The notes below the pieces were generated by a model. The model saw only the letters and a list, made by a program, of their open reading frames with translations, was not told where the DNA came from and did no database searches. This document shows positions 55,190 to 64,000 of a stretch of DNA of 64,000 bases, in pieces. The position numbers and the translations under genes were made by a program. The first letter of the stretch is position 1, and each line of letters begins with the position of its first letter. Origin of the DNA: Spirochaetales bacterium (lineage in GTDB: Bacteria > Spirochaetota > Spirochaetia > SZUA-6 > RPPD01); the NCBI GenBank assembly GCA_016930675.1, contig JAFGGG010000042.1, forward strand, positions 16,423 through 80,422. The letters are read 5' to 3'.

Positions 55190-57568
55190 ATGGTCTCAAA
55201 AAAACGTCTATCCGATCGTATTACCATAGGAATGCTTATAAACCAGCTGGACGGTCTGTATCAAACCCCCCTCTGGCGGGGAGTAGCGGAAACCGCAGAA
55301 ATCAATGATATTAATCTTATTATTTACACCGGTAAATCGATCAGGTCCCCGATAGGATATGAAGCCCAGGAAAATATCGTATATCAGCTGATAAATGTTA
55401 GACATCTCGACGGCATTGTAGTCACGTCGAGTAGTATTGGCAATGATATCGGGGTTAAGCAATTACTGGAATTTTATAAACCATTCCGCTCCATACCTAT
55501 GGTAAGTATCGCACTAGCGATAAAGGGAATGCCCAGTCTGTTGACTGAGAATGAACTGGGAATGCAGGAGATTGTGAACCATTTGGTTGAGGTTCACGGA
55601 TATAAAAAAATTGCCATTATAAAAGGTCCGGAGACCAATACCGAAGCCCGCATACGGTATAAGGCATATGAGTATGTGTTGAAAAAACACAATATAGCCA
55701 TCGATCCCGAACTGATTCTGCCGGGTGATTTCCGCTACGAGTCGGGCAGGGAGGCGGTGCGCATTCTGCTGGATGAAAGAAAAAGGCGTGATGTGGAAGC
55801 AATTGTGTCCTCAAATGACGATATGGCGACTTTTGCCTATGATGAATTAAAGAAGCGTGGAATAAGGATTCCTCAGGATATTGCGGTAACCGGGTTTGAT
55901 GATATTGAGGATGTACAGTTTTATTCACCGCCCCTGACCACGGTAAAACAGGATCTCAATGAGCAGGGGAGAAGAGCCTGCCGGGTGCTGCTTGACATGA
56001 TTCAGGGGAGAGATGTGGAGGAGATTATTAAAATACCTGCGAAGCTTGTTATCCGTCAATCATGCGGCTGCATCCCGATGATTGACTATACAAAAACCAT
56101 AGAACAGGATGGAAATCAGTATGCAGTGAAAATAGGAAAGAATGAAAATCGGAAGGTATCTGCTCATCGCACGCAAAAGCTGCTCTTTGATCGGAAATAT
56201 AAAGAATACATTATTAAAACAATGCTTCGTTTGTTGAAAGCTTCTGATGCAGAAAAAAGCACGTGTAGAACGGGGTTAGGTAAGCTTATAGACTGTATAA
56301 ACAGTGTTCAGAATATTCCTGAAGCGCGGCAGGATTTTATAAAGCAGTTAATTAGTATTCTTAATAAAAATAGTTTGACAGAAGCCGCGAGTTTTGATTG
56401 GCGGAAAGCGATTGCCTTTTTACGATCCGAAACCCTGTCATCTCTTGGCGATCATGAACGCGAGCAGCTTTATGAAAATTTATTTCATAATGCCCAGGAT
56501 ATACCGTCCGGCGTTCTGTTGCGGCAGGAGGCTTTTCACAAACTGAATTTGAACCGCGCCAATGAGATCCTAAGAGGGATCATGCAGAATGCCAACACGA
56601 TTTTTACAATCGAAGATTTGATGAAAGCACTGGCAGACGAGATGCCGCGTGCAGGAATACCTCGCTGCATAATAGCACTTTACAACACCGAACTTGAATG
56701 CAGAGAAGACAACAGATGGATACTGCCCAAGAATTCAAAATTAGTTATGGCGTACAATGAAAACGGCCCTGTTGATATCAAAGAAAGAGATCAGTATTTT
56801 AATACCGAGAAGTTGTTTCCTGATTTTGTGATCCCAAAAAACCGAAGATTTACTTTCATTCTGAACGCACTGTTCAATTGCAGGGAACATTTTGGATACA
56901 TACTCTATGAACCCCACACACATGAAGAAGTTGTATATATTATGCTGAGATTGATTATTAGTACCGCCATTCAGCGAGTACAAATTTTTGAAAAGCAAAG
57001 ACTTTCTGAAAAAAAGTTGAAGATTACGCTGAATGAGCTGGAAGAGTTGAATAAAGAATTGCATAATATTTCCATTAAAGATGAACTGACCGGTTTGTAT
57101 AATCGTAGAGGTTTTTTTATTTTAGGGGAACAGCACCTTAATCTTACCGGCCGCACAAATGCGAAATTCCTCATTATATTTGTCGACTTTGACGGACTCA
57201 AAAAAATTAATGATAAGTACGGACACCTGGAAGGCGATTATGCTCTTGTTATAGCGGCAAAAATATTGCTCAAAACATTCAGAAAATCGGATATCGTTGC
57301 CAGGTTCGGTGGGGATGAGTTTACGATTATCGCGGCAAATGATTCCATGCAGCAGTATAAGAGTATGATCACGCGTCTGCAGCATAATACCATCGGTTAT
57401 AACAAACAGATCAAAAAGCCTTATCGTATTTCCTTAAGTTACGGTGTTATTGAATATGATCCCGCCCGCTCCAAAAGAGAATCACAGACTCCTTCACTTG
57501 AAGATCTCATTTCTATGGCGGACAGAGAGCTTTATAAACAAAAGAAAAGCAAAAAAAAGCATAGATAA
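55190..57568 (+). CDS. Diguanylate cyclase: periplasmic-binding-protein (LacI/sugar-binding) fold sensor domain + helical linker + GGDEF domain
   Basis: C-terminal GGDEF with intact RFGGDEFTII and upstream ELTGLYNRRGF. N-terminal ~300 aa resemble LacI-family ligand-binding core (TGFDDIE...) without an HTH. No TM segments. Confidence 0.75.
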   Translation: MVSKKRLSDRITIGMLINQLDGLYQTPLWRGVAETAEINDINLIIYTGKSIRSPIGYEAQENIVYQLINVRHLDGIVVTSSSIGNDIGVKQLLEFYKPFRSIPMVSIALAIKGMPSLLTENELGMQEIVNHLVEVHGYKKIAIIKGPETNTEARIRYKAYEYVLKKHNIAIDPELILPGDFRYESGREAVRILLDERKRRDVEAIVSSNDDMATFAYDELKKRGIRIPQDIAVTGFDDIEDVQFYSPPLTTVKQDLNEQGRRACRVLLDMIQGRDVEEIIKIPAKLVIRQSCGCIPMIDYTKTIEQDGNQYAVKIGKNENRKVSAHRTQKLLFDRKYKEYIIKTMLRLLKASDAEKSTCRTGLGKLIDCINSVQNIPEARQDFIKQLISILNKNSLTEAASFDWRKAIAFLRSETLSSLGDHEREQLYENLFHNAQDIPSGVLLRQEAFHKLNLNRANEILRGIMQNANTIFTIEDLMKALADEMPRAGIPRCIIALYNTELECREDNRWILPKNSKLVMAYNENGPVDIKERDQYFNTEKLFPDFVIPKNRRFTFILNALFNCREHFGYILYEPHTHEEVVYIMLRLIISTAIQRVQIFEKQRLSEKKLKITLNELEELNKELHNISIKDELTGLYNRRGFFILGEQHLNLTGRTNAKFLIIFVDFDGLKKINDKYGHLEGDYALVIAAKILLKTFRKSDIVARFGGDEFTIIAANDSMQQYKSMITRLQHNTIGYNKQIKKPYRISLSYGVIEYDPARSKRESQTPSLEDLISMADRELYKQKKSKKKHR

Positions 57569-57574
57569 CTACAT

Positions 57575-58957
57575 CTATGGTGTTCGCTTCGGGGAGGATT
57601 GCGCGCTGATTTTTTGTTCCACCTGTCGTACATACTCTGTCATGGGGAACTTGCGTTCCAGCCCTGCCGAGCTCATATACCTGATTTTTCCGAATATGGC
57701 CCGTTCCTTCCATGGACGATCATGCAAGCCAAAGCACCAGGCAATACCCGCAAAGCTGTTGGCATCTCTTCCGTCGAGTGAGTATTTGTTGTTAAGGTAT
57801 ACAAGCTGATTAAAAGACGCTTCGGGATTCCGGCTCCATTCCAGTACTTTCTTGGCCCAGTACATGCGCATATAACCGTGTATACTGCCTGTTGCTACCA
57901 TTTCCGATTGCGCCGCGTTCCAGTAGGGGTCATGTGTTTTTGCTTTTTCCAGCTCCTGCAGACTGTAGACATGATCGCGTTTATCGGTGATGTGATCGCC
58001 CAAGGTAGCTTTTGCCCAGGCGGGCAGGCAGTTAAAGCTGTCATAAGAGGAATTATAGTAAACGAAGTTCATGCTGAGTTCCCTGCGGATAATGAGTTCA
58101 TCCAAAAAAACGTCCGTACCCTCATAGTCTGTATTGTAAACAGCAAGAGCTATGGCCAGCGGTGAAATTTGACCGAAATGCAGGTAGGGACTGAGGCGGG
58201 ATTGCGCATCCTCCGCAGGATTATTCTTGAATTCTGCATAAATTTTCAGTTTTTTTTCTATAAACTCGTTAAGCAGATACTCCGCATGCGAACTGCCGCC
58301 TTCAAGCTGTTGAACCGGATCTGCTTCTCGATTAATGGGCAGCTGCCGCAGAAGATTGCATGCCTTTTCTATTTTTAACGAAGGTTGTACTTTAAGACTC
58401 AATGAATCTATGTTTACCTGCCGCCTGGCAAGGGGCACAAGATATGTATGCAGCTGTTTTTTTAATTTGGGACGCAGGGTAGCGGCGCTGTACTCTTGTT
58501 TTTGAGATACGTGCTCTATGGGCACGATGACGTCGCTTTCCACCTGGATCAACGGGCAGGTAATCCGCTCAGCCACCGCTTTGCGCCAGCCCCGCTGTAT
58601 CTTCAGATATCCGCGGTCCGTTACCACCAGGGCGGCCTGCTTTGACAGTTCTATGGCGCCTTTTTCCGGTGATACGGTGCGAATAATGCACTGGATGCCT
58701 CGCCGGTATAAGGTGCGTACCACTTCCTTAAGTCCCTGCAGCATAAATGCATAATGCCTCAGGTTCGCTTCAGGGTAGTCCGCGGTAAGACCGAAGAATA
58801 CCAGAAGAGGCAGCCCGTTCTCATTTGCCTTTTGCACTGCGTATTCAAGAGCATGATTATAGTCGGAGCGCTGGGCCTGCTGCATCCAGTAAAGCACATA
58901 TTTCCCCTGCTGTTGAGGCTTTTTACTCAGCAGTTGTATCCGCTCCGGCTGAATCAA
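57575..58957 (-). CDS. phr: Deoxyribodipyrimidine photolyase, class II CPD type
   Basis: 460 aa. N-terminal GKYVLYWMQQAQRSDYNHALEYA typical of class II photolyases. Trp-rich C-terminal FAD domain. Confidence 0.75.
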   Translation of the reverse strand: MIQPERIQLLSKKPQQQGKYVLYWMQQAQRSDYNHALEYAVQKANENGLPLLVFFGLTADYPEANLRHYAFMLQGLKEVVRTLYRRGIQCIIRTVSPEKGAIELSKQAALVVTDRGYLKIQRGWRKAVAERITCPLIQVESDVIVPIEHVSQKQEYSAATLRPKLKKQLHTYLVPLARRQVNIDSLSLKVQPSLKIEKACNLLRQLPINREADPVQQLEGGSSHAEYLLNEFIEKKLKIYAEFKNNPAEDAQSRLSPYLHFGQISPLAIALAVYNTDYEGTDVFLDELIIRRELSMNFVYYNSSYDSFNCLPAWAKATLGDHITDKRDHVYSLQELEKAKTHDPYWNAAQSEMVATGSIHGYMRMYWAKKVLEWSRNPEASFNQLVYLNNKYSLDGRDANSFAGIAWCFGLHDRPWKERAIFGKIRYMSSAGLERKFPMTEYVRQVEQKISAQSSPKRTP

Positions 58958-59925
58958 TGGTTTCTCCCCTTACCCGAATCGGTAATTTCCGTCAGATCGT
59001 GTGGGTAGGGTGAAAAATAGGTCTGAGTCCGCAGATATTTGTTTGAAAACCGTACGATCCATGAATAAAGTAATGTGGTGCATGTGCTGAGGGGCTGTCT
59101 GTTGGATCGGTAGGACTCCAAGGTTTCCAAAAAGAAAGCCTTTTCTTGGGCAGTCAATCGGGGTGAGAAATATCCGAATGCATGTAGAAGAACATTAATA
59201 TGACCCTTAAATGAGGGTGCAGTTGATAAAGCTTTAATGAGTTCCTTTCCATATTCGGATATTACGAGCTGAAGCGGTTTTTTATCATGGTTGGCTACAA
59301 GTGAGCCCAATCGTTTTAATTGCGTTTGATTATATGCCATAAGCAGGTATTTGTGCGCCGCATGAAACTCAATTAAATCTCGTATAGCCTTGGTATGGGT
59401 AATCTTTCTGAAACGGGCAAGGGTGAATAGTCTGGTGAGAAAATGCTCCCGCAGTCTGAAATTATTAAGTCTCCCCTCGGTTTCCAGCGCTTTGTTGGGA
59501 AAACGCTCTGCAGCGGTAAGGCCGAAGAAACCGCTGCCCTTGGTTGTGATCGGTGAAACCTTCTGTCCCGGAGGATAAATTTTAACATCTCTATAGCCGC
59601 ACGAGGGTGAGCGCTCTTTAAGGAGAAAACCGTCAATAGCTGGAAGGCGGGCTAAAAAAACATCGATAAACTCATGCATTATTCTGCTTATGTCTTTTCC
59701 GGTTTCGGATTGAATAAGCCTGTTTTCATTCTGCTGCTTAACAATACGAATAGGTTTACGGGGTACACCCAGTCCTATTTCCACCTCGGGACAGACGGGA
59801 ATAAAATCTACATGCGGTTTCATGCGGCGAATGGTAATACTATTAATCATAAGTCCGTTCCAGCGGCAGGCATCGTGTTCCAGGCACTTGCTTATGACTA
59901 CTACGGGTTTTACATCATCATGCAT
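58954..59925 (-). CDS. YbgA-like protein (DUF523 + DUF1722)
   Basis: N-terminal DUF523-like Cys-rich segment (VVISKCLEHDACRWNG...PVCPEV). 4-bp overlap with the photolyase gene, as in the E. coli ybgA-phr arrangement. Confidence 0.6.
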   Translation of the reverse strand: MHDDVKPVVVISKCLEHDACRWNGLMINSITIRRMKPHVDFIPVCPEVEIGLGVPRKPIRIVKQQNENRLIQSETGKDISRIMHEFIDVFLARLPAIDGFLLKERSPSCGYRDVKIYPPGQKVSPITTKGSGFFGLTAAERFPNKALETEGRLNNFRLREHFLTRLFTLARFRKITHTKAIRDLIEFHAAHKYLLMAYNQTQLKRLGSLVANHDKKPLQLVISEYGKELIKALSTAPSFKGHINVLLHAFGYFSPRLTAQEKAFFLETLESYRSNRQPLSTCTTLLYSWIVRFSNKYLRTQTYFSPYPHDLTEITDSGKGRNH

Positions 59926-60088
59926 CAGTTATAAGTATGGGTAATTATAAAACTACGTCAACAGTAATTAATTGATTGTTGCATGACAATGTGATACGGT
60001 AAAGATCATGTTTTTGGATTCATCCCGGCGTCACCTGCATGTCGGGTTAAACCGGAAATCCACATTTTTTTAAACTGGAGGGAAAACA

Positions 60089-61144
60089 ATGTATAAAATC
60101 GGAGTATACGGAGCCTCCGGCTATATGGGCGGAGAAGCGGTTAAACTTATTTTAGAGCATCCGCAGTTTGAGCTGGCCTGGGCCACGAGCAGAAGCAAAA
60201 AACCGATTGCCTATTTTCACAGGAATCTTTTGGGTTCGCGACTCCGTTTGGTTCATCCGGATGAGATCGGTCATTGCGACGCGGTTCTGTTTTCACTTCC
60301 TTCGGGCAATGTCATGCAGCTGGCCCCCGGTTTTATAAAACAGGGAACAAAGGTTATAGACTTGGGCGCGGATTTCCGTTTGAAAGATAAAGCCGACTGG
60401 GAGCGGGTATACGGAAAAAAACACAGCTCCTGGGAAATGACAGAGCAGGCAGTATACGGTATTGCCGAACTTTACCGGAATGAAATAAAACAGGCTAAGC
60501 TTATCGCCAACCCTGGTTGTTTTTCTTCAAGTGTTATCCTGGCTTTGGCACCGCTTATCAAACATGATGTAATTGAAACAGAAACCATAGTGGTTGACGG
60601 ATTGTCGGGAACTGCCGGCGCGGGCGCGGAACTGGATAGGGCTTTGCACCATCCGGAACTGGGTAACAATATCCTTCCCTATAACGTGGTTGACCATCGT
60701 CATATCTATGAAATGGAACAGGAACTGGGATATCTTACGTGTGAGAAAGTATGTATACACTTTACACCGGCCTATGTGCCGATTACACGCGGAATACTGT
60801 GCGTGATTCATGTTTTTCCCAAAAAAAACATAGAACCAACCATGCTTTTCGATCTCTATCAAGAGCTATATAAAGATGAGTATTTTATTAAAATAATGGA
60901 TATGGAAAAACAAGATAAGGCAAGCTGGCAGTACCTTCCGTATCCGTGGGTGGCGGCGGTATCCGGTACCAACTACTGTCACATCGGATTCGATATTGAT
61001 CAGCGCAGAAACAGCCTTGTCATTTTCAGCGTGCTGGACAGTGTGGGCAAGGGAGGAGCGCATGCCGCCGTGCAGAATCTCAACATCATGTTCGGCTTGG
61101 ATGAAACACTGGGATTAACCAGATACGGATCGCATCCGTATTAA
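60089..61144 (+). CDS. argC: N-acetyl-gamma-glutamyl-phosphate reductase family (ArgC/LysY-type)
   Basis: N-terminal Rossmann IGVYGASGYMGGE. Active-site Cys region IANPGCFSS. 351 aa. Confidence 0.7.
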   Translation: MYKIGVYGASGYMGGEAVKLILEHPQFELAWATSRSKKPIAYFHRNLLGSRLRLVHPDEIGHCDAVLFSLPSGNVMQLAPGFIKQGTKVIDLGADFRLKDKADWERVYGKKHSSWEMTEQAVYGIAELYRNEIKQAKLIANPGCFSSSVILALAPLIKHDVIETETIVVDGLSGTAGAGAELDRALHHPELGNNILPYNVVDHRHIYEMEQELGYLTCEKVCIHFTPAYVPITRGILCVIHVFPKKNIEPTMLFDLYQELYKDEYFIKIMDMEKQDKASWQYLPYPWVAAVSGTNYCHIGFDIDQRRNSLVIFSVLDSVGKGGAHAAVQNLNIMFGLDETLGLTRYGSHPY

Positions 61145-61169
61145 TTTCAGAGGGTAAAGTGCTGTTTTT

Positions 61170-62261
61170 ATGAATTTAAAATTTATTCCGGGGTTAGAGT
61201 TAAATCAGGGTTTTTATACGGAGGTGATAGCACCTTTGTGTAAACAATACCATCCGCGTTTAGTATATTCAGCTGCGTTGATCGGTTACGGTTCGGATGT
61301 GATGGGAGTGGACACCGCGGTTTCCATGGATCACAACTGGGGGCCGCGTCTGCAGCTGTTTTTAAGTGAGAGTGATCATAAGCAGCATGAAAAAGCTTTA
61401 AGTGAATATTTTAGCATGAACCTTCCTTTTTCCTACAAGGGTTTTCCTGTTAATTTCTCAGATCCTCGTTATGATAACACTCAAACCATGACACCTGTAA
61501 CCACGTATCCGGTGAATCATCTGATTGAGATTCACGCCCTAAGCAGGTATCTGGATATGCAGATTGGAGTAAACAGTACCGCCAACCTGTCTTCGCAAGA
61601 CTGGTTACGCTTTCTTGATCAAAACCTCATTGAATTAACCACGGGCAGGGTGTTCCATGACGGTCTGGGAAGTTTACAGGCCATGCGTGAAACTCTTGCG
61701 TTCTATCCCCGTGATATCAGGCTGCTCCGTCTGGCCGCACTCTGGCAGTGTGTTTGGAATGAAGAGCCCTTTATCGGCCGCTGCAGGGATATTAAGGATA
61801 TACTCGGAATAAAAACCATAAGCGCGCGGCTGGTTGATCTGCTTGTTAAAATTGTATTTTATATTGAAGCACAATATATTCCATACAGCAAATGGCGGGG
61901 CCTTTTTTTTAGAAGCTTAAAATCACATCATGTTTTAAATCCGATTTTCGGTAAGGTCTTGAATGAATCGGATCCTAAACTGATTGAAAATTCTCTGGTA
62001 GATGCCTGCGCGAAAGTAGTTGCTTTGCATAATGCGCAAGCGGATCTTCCCGCCTTGGGCAATACTCCGCGTAATTTTTTCGGGCGTCCCTATAAAGTGA
62101 TCTTTGCGGAAAGCATTGTTAAAGTCCTTGTGGACGCTATTCGGGATGATACCTTTAAAAAACTGCCTTTAGCGGGAGTGGGTTTGGATATAAAAGTCGA
62201 CGGTTCGGATTTTAGGAGTACCGGTGTTATTAGAAAGCTGATATTCAATTCAGAAGAATAA
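61170..62261 (+). CDS. Hypothetical protein
   Basis: 363-aa ORF 25 bp downstream of argC. No motif recognised. Confidence 0.35.
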   Translation: MNLKFIPGLELNQGFYTEVIAPLCKQYHPRLVYSAALIGYGSDVMGVDTAVSMDHNWGPRLQLFLSESDHKQHEKALSEYFSMNLPFSYKGFPVNFSDPRYDNTQTMTPVTTYPVNHLIEIHALSRYLDMQIGVNSTANLSSQDWLRFLDQNLIELTTGRVFHDGLGSLQAMRETLAFYPRDIRLLRLAALWQCVWNEEPFIGRCRDIKDILGIKTISARLVDLLVKIVFYIEAQYIPYSKWRGLFFRSLKSHHVLNPIFGKVLNESDPKLIENSLVDACAKVVALHNAQADLPALGNTPRNFFGRPYKVIFAESIVKVLVDAIRDDTFKKLPLAGVGLDIKVDGSDFRSTGVIRKLIFNSEE

Positions 62262-62347
62262 TATTTACCTCATGGCTAAACCCATAAGTCTATAATCCAT
62301 AGCATTAAAACTAAAGGCAATATAATCGTTTGATCCGTCCTTTTCCA

Positions 62348-62779
62348 TTACATGTATATCCAGTCTGTGTCCTGCTTGTATATCCATTCTTTGTATCGCG
62401 TATAAGAAGCTGTTGCCACATCCGAATCCAAATATCCGGAGCGGTATGCATATGCTCGGAGAGTTGTACTAGTAGAAAGTGTGGGAGGGGTGATTGAATT
62501 ATAAGATTCGGCTGTCGGGCTTGTTCTAGGATCAGTACCATCACGTGTGTATTTTATAATCGCGCCGATTGTATCAGTTGTTATTGTTACTTCAATCGGT
62601 GCATAAGTAGTGTTTCCCGATTCAGGAGTGAAACAAGGCAAACTTATCTGTTCTTCAGTTCCGTTTCCGGGATTGGGATTTTCTTTATTAACACCGCCTA
62701 GTTCACAACCAAAAGAAGTTAGTATAATTAATAATAGTAAAATAAGAATACTTACCCGATTCATAATTATCCTAAGCAA
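62348..62779 (-). CDS. Small lipoprotein with chitobiase/hexosaminidase-C-terminal-like (Ig-like) domain
   Basis: Lipobox SFGC. Segment ...IKYTRDGTDPRTSPT...TLRAYAYRSGY resembles the FN3-like 'chitobiase C-terminal' domain. Confidence 0.4.
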   Translation of the reverse strand: MLRIIMNRVSILILLLLIILTSFGCELGGVNKENPNPGNGTEEQISLPCFTPESGNTTYAPIEVTITTDTIGAIIKYTRDGTDPRTSPTAESYNSITPPTLSTSTTLRAYAYRSGYLDSDVATASYTRYKEWIYKQDTDWIYM

Positions 62780-62839
62780 TTATTTTATTTAAGTATTTAA
62801 CTTTAGTCAACTTATTTATATGGTTTGGTTTTGTGAACA

Positions 62840-63805
62840 CTATTCCGTACACAGTCTGAGAAGCTCAACTCGGTTACTAACATGGGTTTTTTCGAATATA
62901 TTGTGCAGATGGTTGCGGACCGTGGCGCTGGAAATGAAAAGCTTCTCCGCGATTTCCCGGTTGCTCAACCCTTCAAACACCAATGTGATGATTTCTGTTT
63001 CCCGATCGGTAATACGGTAATGGGAGATGAAGTCCTTATTGACAGTCCGTAAACCGGTGTTTAATTTTTGTTTTACAATCAGATTTTTAAAACCCTGGTA
63101 CAAAAGCATAAGGTATAAAAACAGATAATAGATAGGGAAAAATTTTAACTCGATCGTAACTGATCCGACTTCAACATTAAGAGTGTCGAGCAGATCTTCA
63201 ATAATAAAAAAGGGATACAGACAGAGAATACCCAGGATGAAAGTTCTGGTTGTTTTATAGAGGGTGGCGTTCCTTATGTTGCGGGAGAAAATAAGCCAGA
63301 AAATGATCGGATATAGAAACAGGATAAAAAACAAAAAGTCGACGGGTGAGAAATAATTAAGTGTTTGGGCTGACGGAAGCGCGTGGAGATGTGATAGGAT
63401 AAACTGAATAATAAAGAACAAGGTAAGCGAGCCTGAAATACTGAACAGGATGATATAAGCCCTGCGGGATTGCGCTTTGCCCACAAGCTTGTGGATGAAG
63501 AGTGTGAGGAAGAAAAGTGCGCCGCAGAGGGTAATTCTACCGAAGAGCATGAGTATGTAATATAAGAGATTAGGACTTGCAATGAGCGGAGCAATGTAGA
63601 ACTGAAGAGTATCGGAGATCATGCGCAGGGTAAAAAATGTGAGAAAAAGCAGGAAGAATAGTTCCAGCAGTGTTTTTTTTCTGAAAAAGAGGGCAAAGGC
63701 TAAAATATACGTTATTACACCTACGGAAAGAGATGAGATAAGCATGAAGAAAAATAAGTAGTTCATGTACCCACAATAATAGTCAGCGCGGATTATGAGT
63801 GTCAA
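62840..63805 (-). CDS. Membrane-anchored LuxR/GerE-family transcriptional regulator
   Basis: ~7 N-terminal TM helices followed by C-terminal HTH (LSNREIAEKLFISSATVRNHLHNIFEKTHVSNRVELL). Confidence 0.6.
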   Translation of the reverse strand: MTLIIRADYYCGYMNYLFFFMLISSLSVGVITYILAFALFFRKKTLLELFFLLFLTFFTLRMISDTLQFYIAPLIASPNLLYYILMLFGRITLCGALFFLTLFIHKLVGKAQSRRAYIILFSISGSLTLFFIIQFILSHLHALPSAQTLNYFSPVDFLFFILFLYPIIFWLIFSRNIRNATLYKTTRTFILGILCLYPFFIIEDLLDTLNVEVGSVTIELKFFPIYYLFLYLMLLYQGFKNLIVKQKLNTGLRTVNKDFISHYRITDRETEIITLVFEGLSNREIAEKLFISSATVRNHLHNIFEKTHVSNRVELLRLCTE

Positions 63806-63854
63806 TATAAGATATTAAATTCCTAAAAACAGGGGCGGGTATTTTAGAACAAAA

Positions 63855-64000
63855 TCACTTGTCCTGTTCCGCATATTCTTTTACAGCCTTTTCATAAGCA
63901 TACCATTTTATCACCGACTTTTTTGTATTGATTTGATGCCCGCCCTGATTCTTGGCCTGATACAGCAGCTCGTCCGCTTTTTGAAGCAGCTTTTGCATCA
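63855..64000 (-). CDS. C-terminal fragment of a GGDEF-domain protein (5' end outside window)
   Basis: Reverse-strand translation from the window edge: ...QKADELLYQAKNQGGHQI...* matches the conserved GGDEF C-terminal helix (AD.ALY.AK..G). Confidence 0.4.
   Translation of the reverse strand, partial: MQKLLQKADELLYQAKNQGGHQINTKKSVIKWYAYEKAVKEYAEQDK

Noticed and set aside
59926-60088. Possible structured leader/riboswitch upstream of argC (GC-rich segment cccggcgtcacctgcatgtcgggttaaaccgg).
   Set aside because: It has only short, imperfect complementarity and no recognisable riboswitch consensus. It is more likely an ordinary promoter/RBS region.
1-64000. CRISPR arrays, insertion sequences, prophage genes, rRNA/tRNA genes.
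   Set aside because: No regularly spaced short direct repeats were seen. No transposase/integrase/terminase-like ORFs were found. No rRNA stretches or tRNA cloverleaf candidates stood out in the few intergenic gaps.

Overview
The window is dense chromosomal sequence from a Shine-Dalgarno-using, didermic (LolA/OMP/lipoprotein-rich) bacterium. GC is roughly low to mid 40s % by eye. I saw no mobile-element genes, CRISPR arrays, rRNA or tRNA. Contents from 5' to 3' follow.

- **Window edge and rhomboid (2-1751):** a VanY-like peptidase fragment at the edge, a rhomboid protease and two small hypotheticals.
- **V-type ATPase operon (1851-9155):** a complete spirochaete/Chlamydia/Bacteroidetes-style operon in the order E, small ORF, A, B, D, I, K, with ispG tightly coupled downstream.
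- **Miscellaneous genes (10222-16967):** a TPR-like lipoprotein, a metallo-beta-lactamase-fold protein fused to two cNMP-binding domains, fpg/mutM, a tandem-repeat beta-propeller lipoprotein and a BNR/Asp-box lipoprotein.
- **Selenium/sulfur trio (16964-19469):** a YedE/YeeE-like membrane protein, a class V cysteine desulfurase-like enzyme and a DUF3343 small protein. The desulfurase appears to use a non-canonical start codon.
- **Aryl-polyene-type (ape-like) lipid biosynthetic cluster (21311-38410, minus strand; main feature):** a ~17-kb, 21-gene, translationally coupled cluster. It is collinear with the proteobacterial ape architecture: methyltransferase, KS-like protein, PlsC-like acyltransferase, two ACPs, membrane protein, AMP-ligase, GT2, LpxL-like acyltransferase, thioesterase, LolA, MMPL, DUF3261, KS, DH, KR, KS. 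It differs by an embedded MIO-type aromatic amino-acid ammonia-lyase (a TAL-like, flexirubin-style starter-unit enzyme), an antisense-embedded 4'-phosphopantetheinyl transferase, and an AMP-ligase fused to a hotdog dehydratase.
- **Adjacent envelope module (38526-50801):** a Lol-like ABC module (two FtsX permeases, an ATPase, a LolA-like lipoprotein) and cell-surface proteins (a 1013-aa WD40 lipoprotein, a beta-helix lipoprotein, OMP beta-barrels).
- **3' portion (50893-64000):** a methyltransferase, a long YidD-like protein, a GH5 endoglucanase, a periplasmic-binding-fold-GGDEF diguanylate cyclase, a class II photolyase with YbgA-like partner, argC, a membrane-anchored LuxR-type regulator and a GGDEF fragment at the edge.

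All calls come from reading motifs in the supplied translations. No database searches were run.
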